Source: Bacteroidota bacterium (GTDB taxonomy: Bacteria; Bacteroidota; Bacteroidia; Flavobacteriales_C; GCA-002722245). From it: 64,000 bases of DNA. The position numbers and the translations under genes were made by a program. This document shows, piece by piece, positions 38,522-47,422 of the stretch. The stretch covers positions 73,984-137,983 of the forward strand of contig JAPLEZ010000153.1 of NCBI GenBank assembly GCA_026390935.1, given 5' to 3'. Numbering within the stretch: the first letter of the stretch is position 1; each line of letters starts with the position of its first letter. The notes beneath the pieces were generated by a model. The model was not told where the DNA came from. It saw only the letters and a program-made list of their open reading frames with translations, and made no database searches.

Positions 38522-38550
38522 CGAAGGATGTTAAAATGATGAGCGTCTAA
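38522..38550 (+). promoter_or_regulatory. Putative ECF promoter CGAAGGAT-N14-CGTCTAA
   Basis: Second copy, upstream of the YHYH gene. Confidence 0.75.
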
Positions 38551-38583
38551 TTTTAAAAACCATTATAAACTAAATTCCCAACT

Positions 38584-39414
38584 ATGAAAAAATTAATCAT
38601 TCCAGTTTTAGTAATTAGCTTGACAGCTTGCTCTAAAACCGACACTTCATCTGATGATTCAAGCACCACATCAGAAACAGCAACAACTAGCGATTTCACT
38701 CGCTTGTATGATAAAATGTATAATGTTACTTCTGTGGATTACAGCGGATCGAGCAACGTAATAATAAAAACTACTGACGTGCCCGATCACAAAACACCTT
38801 TCTTTGGTGTTAACAATGCGAAGTACGAAGCATACAATGGAGATAATCCTGATTTTAGCACCAAAATAAGTTTGATGGGAAATATTTCCGATCCTACTTT
38901 ATTGTCGCAATCCTACACTTTTACGTTGCCAAAAAATCCTACTCAAGCAAGTTCGCACACCTCTACAAGCGGCGGAGCGATGGGAGTTGCCAGAAATGGT
39001 GTGGTTTTTTTCAATCAATACAATGGAGCCAATGCTGCTTTAGATGAATTGGAAATTAACAATGCCGATCAGTATTTAGGACATCCTACGCCTTCAGCAG
39101 GAAATTCAGGTGCGATTTACCATTACCATTACGAACCGAAATACCTTACTACAAAATTTGGGACATCAGGATTTATGGGCTTTTTGCTAGATGGTTTTCC
39201 GGTATATGGCCCCTATGAAAACGGCACAAAAATTACTACGGATATGTTGGATGAGTACAATGGTCACGTGAGTAGCACAGAAGATTATCCTAATGATAAA
39301 ATTTATCATTATCATGTTATTTCTGCCACATCAAGTGTTGCTTCTGTTTTGAAGTTGGCCGCACCTTACATCAATGGAGGAAAATATTACGGCAAAAAAG
39401 GAACTGTTAATTAA
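38584..39414 (+). CDS. YHYH-domain lipoprotein
   Basis: Lipobox LTAC; PDH, GVARNGV, GHP, YHYH twice, DGFPVYGP and LDEYNGH. Confidence 0.9.
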   Translation: MKKLIIPVLVISLTACSKTDTSSDDSSTTSETATTSDFTRLYDKMYNVTSVDYSGSSNVIIKTTDVPDHKTPFFGVNNAKYEAYNGDNPDFSTKISLMGNISDPTLLSQSYTFTLPKNPTQASSHTSTSGGAMGVARNGVVFFNQYNGANAALDELEINNADQYLGHPTPSAGNSGAIYHYHYEPKYLTTKFGTSGFMGFLLDGFPVYGPYENGTKITTDMLDEYNGHVSSTEDYPNDKIYHYHVISATSSVASVLKLAAPYINGGKYYGKKGTVN

Positions 39415-39971
39415 TGAAAGTTTCTTTCGTCATATTATTTTTAGCTGTATTCTGCTACTTCTTTTTAAGTAGCGGGATACAGCTTCCTCCACAAGTGTTT
39501 GTTGTGAATTCAGATCCACAATTGAAAAATATAAATGGCACCTGGATGTATCACAATGAAGAATTCAACGGTTACATTGTTGAAAAGGATAGTGGAGTGG
39601 TTTCAGCAAAATTGCCCGTGCTAAACGGAAAGGAAAATGGCATTGCATACGGTTGGTTTAAAAACGGACAAAAAAAATATGAGTTCGGATATGAAGATGG
39701 TAATAGAGAAGGCTACCATAAAAGCTGGTATGACAATGGAACTCTTGCGTTTTGCTATTTTTTTCACAACGATAAGTATGAAGGAGAACAGCGTACTTAC
39801 TATAAAAGCGGTCACCTGTGGCAAAGTTTGAATTACGTTGAAGGATATGAAGAAGGAAAGCAAATTTCCAAAAATGACAGTGGCAGAGTAGTTAATAATT
39901 TCACAATTAAAAACGGAAAATTATATGGAGTCGTTGGTAGATTTGATTGCATGTCGGTACATAAAGAGTAA
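39414..39971 (+). CDS. MORN-variant repeat protein (YwqK-like fold), exported
   Basis: Repeated G...G....WY.NG units; N-terminal hydrophobic segment; C-terminal RFDC. Confidence 0.8.
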   Translation: MKVSFVILFLAVFCYFFLSSGIQLPPQVFVVNSDPQLKNINGTWMYHNEEFNGYIVEKDSGVVSAKLPVLNGKENGIAYGWFKNGQKKYEFGYEDGNREGYHKSWYDNGTLAFCYFFHNDKYEGEQRTYYKSGHLWQSLNYVEGYEEGKQISKNDSGRVVNNFTIKNGKLYGVVGRFDCMSVHKE

Positions 39972-40602
39972 GATATTTTTCTTTATTGTAATGAGTGTTT
40001 CTTTGTTTTCTTGTGCGGAAGAGGAACAAGAAGTTTTGCCTTTTTACAACAGTGCGCAATTTGATGCCGAGTGGATAAAGAGCGATGAAGCGCGTTATGA
40101 TAGCATTCATTTGGTGGATACCTTTTCTCTTAAAAATCAGTTGGGACACACCATCACAAAAGATTCATTGGATGGATATATTTACGTGGCCAATTTTTTC
40201 TTTACAACTTGTTCAAGTATTTGTCCGAAAATGGTAAGTAATTTACAAGTGTTGCAAGATTCCTTCGCTACTAATTCGGCAATAAAACTAGTTTCATTTT
40301 CTGTAATGCCTTGGGTGGATTCTGTTCCTGCATTGAAGGAGTACGGCGAAATCCACGATGTTAATCCCAACAAATGGCATTTGCTCACGGGATCCAAAGA
40401 ACGTATTTATGATTTGGGTAGAAAATCGTATTTCGCTGAAAAAGGTTTGGGTTTGCAAAAGACAACAGATGAGTTTTTACACACCGAATCAATGTTGCTC
40501 ATTGATAAAAAAGGAAGATTGCGTGGAATTTACAATGCCACGCAAAAGGTTGATATAGGAAGGGTTTTGGAGGATATTCAAGTTTTACTTTGTGAAGAAT
40601 AA
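39925..40602 (+). CDS. SCO family copper chaperone lipoprotein
   Basis: FFTTCSSICP (CxxxC), FLHTE His and LIDK.GRLRG.Y; start uncertain. Confidence 0.92.
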   Translation: MESLVDLIACRYIKSKIFFFIVMSVSLFSCAEEEQEVLPFYNSAQFDAEWIKSDEARYDSIHLVDTFSLKNQLGHTITKDSLDGYIYVANFFFTTCSSICPKMVSNLQVLQDSFATNSAIKLVSFSVMPWVDSVPALKEYGEIHDVNPNKWHLLTGSKERIYDLGRKSYFAEKGLGLQKTTDEFLHTESMLLIDKKGRLRGIYNATQKVDIGRVLEDIQVLLCEE

Positions 40603-40645
40603 AAATAGTTTGTAACTAATAGGGGAGCTGGGTGTTCTACACTTG

Positions 40646-40759
40646 CCCCTAATAATACACACTATGAACCGAAAAACATTATTGATAGGCCTGTTTGGCT
40701 GTGCCTTAAAGATTCCTGATCCAATCCCCATTTTTTTTATAAATAGTCAATGCCCCTGA
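40646..40759 (+). pseudogene. Relic duplicate of the 5' end of the downstream C10 protease gene (31-codon ORF 40664-40759)
   Basis: MNRKTLLIGLFGCALKIPDPIP versus MNKKILLLGLLGYALNAPAQVP; both preceded by ccctaa...acactatgaac. Confidence 0.7.
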
Positions 40760-40787
40760 TATCGGTGCATTGACTATGTCTTTTTTG
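40743..40787 (+). terminator. Terminator-like hairpin
   Basis: atagtcaatgc ... gcattgactat stem, then gtc and a T run. Confidence 0.65.
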
Positions 40788-40813
40788 TAATCTACCCCCC
40801 CTAAATATACACT

Positions 40814-42748
40814 ATGAACAAGAAAATTTTACTCTTGGGCTTGCTGGGCTATGCCCTAAACGCTCCCGCACAAGTTCCCCAACTTTTAACTACCGAATGG
40901 GATCAACTCTGTCACTACAACACCTTATGTCCCACTGATCCGGAAGGTTATTGTGGTAAAACTCCCGCAGGTTGTTATGCTACAACCGCTGCTCAAATTA
41001 TGAAGTATTGGAATTGGCCGAGTTCCGGAACGGGCTCAAACACTTACACGCCGGGTTCTTACCCAACACAAACTGTAGATTTTTCTGCTCAAACGTACAA
41101 TTGGTCGGCTATGACCAATACTGTTGCAACAGAGAATACAGAAGTGTCAAAAATTATTTATCATACAGGTGTGGCTGCAAACATGGCTTATACTGCAGAG
41201 AAATCAGGTGCCGACGTGGATAAATATCATGATGCTCTTTTTGTGAATTTCAGATATTCTATGAAATCTAAATTTGTGAAGAAAAGTAATTATACTGCTG
41301 TTGAGTGGGAAAATATGTTGAAAGCAGAATTGGATGCTGGTCGACCGGTGATGGTTGGAAGTGAAGATCATATTTATATTGTAGATGGATATCAAACGAG
41401 TCCCACCTTAAAATTTCATTGTAATATCGGTTGGGGTGGATGGTTGAATAAATTCTACAAAATTGACAGTGTCATGTTGTCGGGTAAAAACTATGCTCCA
41501 ATAAATGCAATCATCGGAGTAAAGCCCCTCGAGCATTTGGAAACCAATTCGGATACTTTAAATGCAAGTACAACAGGAGGTTTAAGCACTTTTAAACTCG
41601 CTTCATTGAAAAACTGGAACATCACTTCTAATCAAAGCTGGTGTGTTCCCGCCGTGTTATCCGGCACCGATGGTTACGGCATATACTCCACCAATATTTC
41701 GGAAAACCTTACTTATTTAACGCGTTTTGCTACAATGAAAATTGTGAGCGGAACGGATACCGCATTCATTGTAGTAAAGCAATCCGGAAAGTATGCTTTT
41801 TTGTATGCCAGCACTTCTTCTTTAACGAGTTCTTCGTCGGGAGAAGCTTTGTCGGTTAATATTACATGTGATAGTAGTTGGACGGCCAATAGTGCTGAGT
41901 CATGGATCAATGTTGTTACAAAAAGTGGCGTAGGAAATTCAAGCGTTGCTTTAATTATTGCTGCAAACTCTGGCGCGAGCAGAACAGGAAAAGTGATTTT
42001 CACGCGTGGAAAAAGCACCTCGGAAGTTACAGTTTTTCAAGCAGCATCAGGAAGTTTCTGGTGTGTTCCGTCCATCACTAAAACCAGTGGAAATGGAATT
42101 ACAAAAGTTTTACTCAATGATTTAAGCAGAACATCTGTAGTGAATGAAGGATATGTAAATACAGGCGAAAGCGCAAATTTAGCGATTGATAGTGCCTACA
42201 CTTTATCGGTAACATTTGGCGGCAATAATGCTCCCGCAGTTTGGATTGATTGGAACATGGATGGTGATTTTAGTGATGCCAGTGAAGCGGTGGTTGCGCC
42301 ATCAGGATCATGGTATCCTACTTTTTCATCAACAAAAACAATGAAATTCACTGTGCCTTATTCTGCCGCGGAAGGCATTACACGTATGAGAATTTACGCA
42401 AAATATTTCAGTACCGGTCCCATCTCCGGCCCTTGTAACACAAGTGACGCAGGTGGTGATATTGAAGATTATGATGTAGTGGTGACTAAAAACATAACAA
42501 CAGAAATAAAGGATTTGAGTAGCAGTATTTCAGTTCTTGTTTTTCCAAATCCGTCCAGCAATTTCTTTATCCTCAGTGCGGAAGGATTTTTCACCTTTGC
42601 GCTTAGTGATTTAAATGGAAAAGTGGTTGAACAAGGAAGTGGTTTTCAAAACACTTTTTTTGGCGAGACCATTTCCAGCGGAATGTATTTACTGCATATC
42701 ACATCGGGAAATGAAAGTCAGGTGATGAAAATTGTGAAGAGCAATTAG
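40814..42748 (+). CDS. Peptidase C10 (streptopain-like) with two BACON domains, GEVED domain and T9SS type-A CTD
   Basis: LLTTEWDQ, AGCYAT.AAQIMKY (catalytic Cys), HIYIVDGY (His), NIGWGG; BACON W...S..SW; VWIDWN.DGDF and GDIEDY; FPNPS CTD. Confidence 0.9.
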   Translation: MNKKILLLGLLGYALNAPAQVPQLLTTEWDQLCHYNTLCPTDPEGYCGKTPAGCYATTAAQIMKYWNWPSSGTGSNTYTPGSYPTQTVDFSAQTYNWSAMTNTVATENTEVSKIIYHTGVAANMAYTAEKSGADVDKYHDALFVNFRYSMKSKFVKKSNYTAVEWENMLKAELDAGRPVMVGSEDHIYIVDGYQTSPTLKFHCNIGWGGWLNKFYKIDSVMLSGKNYAPINAIIGVKPLEHLETNSDTLNASTTGGLSTFKLASLKNWNITSNQSWCVPAVLSGTDGYGIYSTNISENLTYLTRFATMKIVSGTDTAFIVVKQSGKYAFLYASTSSLTSSSSGEALSVNITCDSSWTANSAESWINVVTKSGVGNSSVALIIAANSGASRTGKVIFTRGKSTSEVTVFQAASGSFWCVPSITKTSGNGITKVLLNDLSRTSVVNEGYVNTGESANLAIDSAYTLSVTFGGNNAPAVWIDWNMDGDFSDASEAVVAPSGSWYPTFSSTKTMKFTVPYSAAEGITRMRIYAKYFSTGPISGPCNTSDAGGDIEDYDVVVTKNITTEIKDLSSSISVLVFPNPSSNFFILSAEGFFTFALSDLNGKVVEQGSGFQNTFFGETISSGMYLLHITSGNESQVMKIVKSN

Positions 42749-42762
42749 AATTTGTAATAGAG

Positions 42763-42808
42763 AATGGACCTGTTTATTTACGTGAACAGGTCCATTTAAT
42801 TTTTTTTT
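42763..42808 (+). terminator. Rho-independent terminator
   Basis: aatggacctgtt ... aacaggtccatt stem followed by a T-rich tail. Confidence 0.75.
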
Positions 42809-42838
42809 AAAACAGCGTCCATTCATCATTAGAAAAGA

Positions 42839-42898
42839 AAAAGTGCAAGAAAAACGATAAATTGTGCAAGGACTTCTGCTTTTGAATTTTTACTTTAG
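42839..42898 (+). promoter_or_regulatory. Putative AraC operator: GTGCAA direct repeats with 21-bp period, then TACTTT
   Basis: gtgcaa at 42843 and 42864; same layout at 43765 and 43786. Confidence 0.6.
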
Positions 42899-42918
42899 CG
42901 CAAAGCAGATTCATTTTC

Positions 42919-43761
42919 ATGAAATCAAATTTCCCCATTCATACTTTTACCGATAATGTTCCTGAAGGGTATTTGATCAATGTTGAAAAGGTAGAGTTTT
43001 TAAATCCTTACGAAAATGTAAATCCTCACCGTCACGACTATTACGAGTTGTTTGTTTTTGCCGATATGAACGGTCAGCATTTTGTGGATTTTGAACGCTT
43101 CCCAATTCAAAAGCAATCCGTTCATTTACTGTTGCCCAATCAGGTTCACCGTGTGGAGCGCAACGTAGGAAACGGATTTGTCATCATGTTTAAAAAAGAA
43201 GTGTTGAAAGAATTCAACGCTCATCATCAATGGTTTTTAGAAGCGCCTTTTTTTAATCGCGGCAAGTCGTTGTTTACCGCTTGTTTTTCCGATGAAGAAT
43301 TTAGTTTTATCTGGCAATTGTGCACTACTATAGTAAGTGCATTTTCGGCACAGCAAGAGCGCAACAAAGAAGTAATTCAAACTTTATTAGAAGCATTACT
43401 TTTGAAAATTAAAACCAGCAATGAGAGCGCCGATTCAGTGAATGCAGTGCTGATAAGACACTATTTATTGTTGCTCGATCAGCATTTTATAGATAAACAA
43501 TCGGCGGCAGATTATGCGCGCTTATTGAAAGTTAGTCCCGCACAACTCAATTCAGAATGCAATAAAACACTAGGTATTTCAGCCAGTCAGCTGATTTATG
43601 AAAAGTTGATTTTAGAAAGTAAGCGCTTGTTGGTGAGCACCAGCTGGACGGCCAAAGAAATTGCTTATCACTTAAATTTTTCGGACCCGGCCTATTTCAA
43701 CCGCTTTTTTAAAAGGCACAGTTCCATGAGTCCTGCTGCTTTCAGAAAAAGGAAGTTGTAA
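42919..43761 (+). CDS. AraC family regulator with cupin sensor
   Basis: PHRHDYYE, QVH cupin; KEIAYHLNF.DPAYFNRFFK HTH. Confidence 0.94.
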   Translation: MKSNFPIHTFTDNVPEGYLINVEKVEFLNPYENVNPHRHDYYELFVFADMNGQHFVDFERFPIQKQSVHLLLPNQVHRVERNVGNGFVIMFKKEVLKEFNAHHQWFLEAPFFNRGKSLFTACFSDEEFSFIWQLCTTIVSAFSAQQERNKEVIQTLLEALLLKIKTSNESADSVNAVLIRHYLLLLDQHFIDKQSAADYARLLKVSPAQLNSECNKTLGISASQLIYEKLILESKRLLVSTSWTAKEIAYHLNFSDPAYFNRFFKRHSSMSPAAFRKRKL

Positions 43762-43820
43762 AAAGTGCAATGAATGTCTAGAAAAGTGCAATAACCATCA
43801 ATCTATATGTTGTTACTTTG
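43761..43820 (+). promoter_or_regulatory. Putative AraC operator: AAAAGTGCAAT twice with 21-bp period, then TACTTTG
   Basis: aaaagtgcaat at 43761 and 43782; tactttg at 43814. Confidence 0.65.
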
Positions 43821-43850
43821 ATACAGATCAATTTTTAAATTCAAATCTGT

Positions 43851-44522
43851 ATGAAAACTAAATTATCTTATCTGTTAAAAGTTTGTTTCTTGTTTCTTTT
43901 TGTTTTCTTTTTCAAGGGAAACGGCAGTGCACAAACATTAGATTTTTGCAAAAGCATTCAACTGCTCAAGGATACTGTAGAAGTAGATGTAGCTAAAGAT
44001 GAAACGGATTTAAAGTTTACTATTTCAGGGGACTTGAAGCCATATCCCAACTATCTGTTTGAGTCTTTTGATGATCGATTGATCATTGATGAGGGTTTTA
44101 ATCAAACCTATATTTTTTCTGGTGACAATTGCATTGGTGACGATTGTGCAGAATTTACTCCGTTTCATTTTGGAGTTGATTTTAAAAGTAATATTTCTGA
44201 AACGGTTTATGTAAAAGGTCGATTTTCAATTGGATATTTAAATGGGAATACTTGTCCGTTTGATGTGGTGTATCTCCTGAGTCCGGCAAATTCATTGTCG
44301 CTGGAGATGATGAATGAATCCAATTTCTCTATTTTCCCGAATCCTGTAGTTGACATTCTGCGTGTTTCTGAAGACAGCAACAGTTTCTATGTTTTAATCA
44401 ATATGCATGGAGATGAAATACAAAATGGAGTTGTGGGAGATAGCATAAATATGGAAAAAGTACCGTCGGGATTATATTTTCTGAAAATCAATAACAAGAT
44501 TAATAAAATAGTAAAACAATAA
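43851..44522 (+). CDS. Small T9SS type-A cargo of unknown function
   Basis: Signal peptide ending SA-Q; IFPNPV, SGLYFLKI and KIVK CTD. Confidence 0.85.
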   Translation: MKTKLSYLLKVCFLFLFVFFFKGNGSAQTLDFCKSIQLLKDTVEVDVAKDETDLKFTISGDLKPYPNYLFESFDDRLIIDEGFNQTYIFSGDNCIGDDCAEFTPFHFGVDFKSNISETVYVKGRFSIGYLNGNTCPFDVVYLLSPANSLSLEMMNESNFSIFPNPVVDILRVSEDSNSFYVLINMHGDEIQNGVVGDSINMEKVPSGLYFLKINNKINKIVKQ

Positions 44523-44720
44523 AATTGTGCCTTTTAATTAAAAATTGTTGACTCCTTTACCGATTGTATTTGTTGTGATCAATGATTATAATAACTCAAC
44601 AAGAACAGAGCGTTTGGTGGTTCAGCATTAAAATGAATTAGAGTTGGTTTTGTGTCCCCTCTAATTTTATTTCCAATTTAAAATTGTAAATTGGTTGATA
44701 GGGTAGTTTTAAAAAACACA

Positions 44721-45800
44721 ATGTCCATCACCAACAAAAATATACTTATCAGTATTTCTCTTGCTGCAGTCATTTTGATAGCTGGTAATTTGCTTTTGTA
44801 TCGCCCTGTAGTAGATGTTGTAGATGAGCTCCAAAATTTAAAAGTAACTACTTATAGCGATGCAAGCAACGGTGGAAATTCTTTTGTGAGTTATGTTCCT
44901 AACGATAGCAGCATCAAGTGGACTTACCGAAGAGAAAAAGGTATTCCATTTCCATACATGGGTATTTTTATTGAAAAAAAAGATCATTCTTTTTTCTCTG
45001 CAGAAGGTTGTGATGTGCGATTGATTGCAAGGACTTCCGGATCAAGTTCTACATTATTGCGCTTTGAAATTTTTGGTGAAAATTTTACCGATCCTAACAT
45101 TCAAAACAGTTTTGTGTACAATCAAAGGATGGTTACCGGGGCCAACAATTTTATCGACGAGATGATTGATGTGAAAACAATGGAAGTTCCGTCTTACTGG
45201 ACGGTGGATAGAGGGATCACCACTGAGCAAATGCCAAAATATTCATTTGCGAAAATTGGACATATTGTTTTTGATCACGATCCAAGTACGCCCTATTCAA
45301 AAGCCGCAACTTTTGAATTGATTTCTCTGCAATTTGTTCCTAAAAAAACAACCTTGATTGTGTTTAATGTTGCTATGGTTGTGCTGACTTCTATACTTGT
45401 ATTTTTCATGTACCGGAAGTCGGAGAAGAAAAAGTTGGTAGTGGTAGCTCCCCTGCAAAGAACAACGTTGGAAGATGGTCCTAATGCTTCAGCAGATATC
45501 TTGGTAGTGAATTACCTGGCCGCAAATTATGTTAACAGTTCGTTATCGGTGAATGATGTTGCCGACGCACTGAAATTGAATGCGCGTGAAGTGTCGAGTA
45601 TCATCAAAAATAAATACAACTTGTCCTTCAAACAGTATTTAAATTTTTTACGAATGGAGGAAGCAAAACACTTGCTGAAAACGACCAACATGCAGGTGAA
45701 GGAAATTTCAATTGTTGTTGGATATGAAAATTTACAACACTTTTTACGGGTGTTTAAATTAACTCAGGGACAAACACCTTCGGAGTTTAAAAAAGAATAG
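44721..45800 (+). CDS. Membrane-spanning AraC regulator with periplasmic carbohydrate-binding-like domain
   Basis: TM, YSD..NGGNS beta-rich domain, second TM, AraC HTH (SFKQYLN.LRMEEAK.LL, VGY and F.RVFK). Confidence 0.85.
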   Translation: MSITNKNILISISLAAVILIAGNLLLYRPVVDVVDELQNLKVTTYSDASNGGNSFVSYVPNDSSIKWTYRREKGIPFPYMGIFIEKKDHSFFSAEGCDVRLIARTSGSSSTLLRFEIFGENFTDPNIQNSFVYNQRMVTGANNFIDEMIDVKTMEVPSYWTVDRGITTEQMPKYSFAKIGHIVFDHDPSTPYSKAATFELISLQFVPKKTTLIVFNVAMVVLTSILVFFMYRKSEKKKLVVVAPLQRTTLEDGPNASADILVVNYLAANYVNSSLSVNDVADALKLNAREVSSIIKNKYNLSFKQYLNFLRMEEAKHLLKTTNMQVKEISIVVGYENLQHFLRVFKLTQGQTPSEFKKE

Positions 45801-45975
45801 TAATCCCGTCCGGATTTTTAAGCATCACAAAATCAGTTAGTTGAAAATTAACCATTTCAAAAATTCTGCATGCAAAACAATAATGTGAGTTCATCTTACA
45901 AAAATGTTAGCGCAAAAACGTCTTTAAGATGGCATCTTAGCAGTGTATATTTATTAACCCCTAATCTCTGTTAAG

Positions 45976-47379
45976 ATGAAAAAATTGCTACTGCTTGTTG
46001 TATGCCTTTGGACGACATTTTCTGCCTTTGCCCAAACGGTCACTATCGCGAACAAAAAATTTGTAGTGGATGGAAATGGTGCTTGTCCGATTTATTTCAA
46101 CGGAGCCAATACGCCCTGGGAAAGTTGGAATGATTTCGGAGGATCATACAATCAAAGCAAATGGGCACAGGATATGGCTGATTTAAAAGCCAAGGGAATT
46201 AATTCCTCGCGCATTTGGTTCACTTGTAATGGAGGAGGACAACCCACTATTGCTAACGATGGAACGTGCACAGTGAGTCAGGCTTTTTGGAACAATTGTG
46301 ATCATTTGTTCACTCAAGCGAAAAACAATGGAGTGTACATTATGGCTACTATGATGTCGTTTGATCACACCAAACCAGCAAACCCTAACGCCACCAATTG
46401 GCAAAATATGTTGGCCGATTCTGCAAAAACACGCAAGTTCATTAATGCTTTTTTAATTCCCTTTGTCAACAGATATAAAACAAATCCTTACTTGTGGAGC
46501 ATCGATTTGTGCAATGAAATTGAGTGGATCTATGAAAATCGCGGTAACGACAATTGGCCATCAGCCAGTTATGCTGTTTTGCAGCGTTATGTTGCCATGG
46601 CGTCGGAAGCCTTGCACAGCGCAAGTGTTGCTCGTACAGACGGTTCGCATGTTTTAATCACAATGGGTTCTGCATGTACAAAATGGAATGGCACTAAAAT
46701 GCGCAATGGAAGTAATGGTGCCGGCTGGCAAAACAATTCCGATGGAAATAAGTGGAGTGATGCTGCTTTAAAAGCACAATACAACAAAACAAATGTTGGC
46801 TTAGATTTTTACTCTCCTCATTTTTACGGCTGGGTTGATGCTTGGTATTCATCGCCTTTTGTGAAGAGTCCTACTGATTTCGGAATGGACGAAAAGGCGT
46901 GTATGGTTGGAGAAATGCCTTCCAGAGATCCTATGATTACACCTTCCATGAGTTTAACTACGGCGTTCAATAATTTAAAAACTTTGGGATGGCTGGGACA
47001 TATGCCTTGGACTTCAAATCTTAAAACCAATTTAACCGATGAAGTGGGAACTTTATCTGATTTTGGTGCTGCAGCTTTAGCATTTAAAACGGCTAACTCA
47101 TTGTTGGTGGTGCCAACCAATTGCACAACAACTGGGGTAGTGACCCTCTCGTTTTCAAATAATCTGAAATGTTTTCCTAATCCGTCAACGTCTTCTTTCA
47201 CTATTCAAGCAAAAGGAAATTTCAATTATGTGCTGATGAATATGGACGGACAATTACTAGAAAAGGGAAGTGCTGTTCAGGAAACTACGGTTGGAGAGTC
47301 GCTTTCCAGCGGGATATACTTGTTACAAATTACCAATGGTGTTGAAGTAGAGATGATGAAGATTGTAAAAAGCAACTAA
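45976..47379 (+). CDS. GH5-like glycoside hydrolase (possible beta-mannanase) with T9SS type-A CTD
   Basis: NGANTPW..WNDFG, SRIW, DLCNEIE (acid/base), DFYSPHFY, MVGEMP (nucleophile); FPNPS CTD. Confidence 0.82.
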   Translation: MKKLLLLVVCLWTTFSAFAQTVTIANKKFVVDGNGACPIYFNGANTPWESWNDFGGSYNQSKWAQDMADLKAKGINSSRIWFTCNGGGQPTIANDGTCTVSQAFWNNCDHLFTQAKNNGVYIMATMMSFDHTKPANPNATNWQNMLADSAKTRKFINAFLIPFVNRYKTNPYLWSIDLCNEIEWIYENRGNDNWPSASYAVLQRYVAMASEALHSASVARTDGSHVLITMGSACTKWNGTKMRNGSNGAGWQNNSDGNKWSDAALKAQYNKTNVGLDFYSPHFYGWVDAWYSSPFVKSPTDFGMDEKACMVGEMPSRDPMITPSMSLTTAFNNLKTLGWLGHMPWTSNLKTNLTDEVGTLSDFGAAALAFKTANSLLVVPTNCTTTGVVTLSFSNNLKCFPNPSTSSFTIQAKGNFNYVLMNMDGQLLEKGSAVQETTVGESLSSGIYLLQITNGVEVEMMKIVKSN

Positions 47380-47422
47380 AATTCTTTTACCCACATTTGG
47401 CGCTTATCTCTGTTGATGTGCG

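Noticed and set aside
39414-39971. Toxin-antitoxin (YwqK) system
   Set aside because: Only the MORN-variant fold is shared; there is no adjacent toxin, and the context is an exported metal-related operon.
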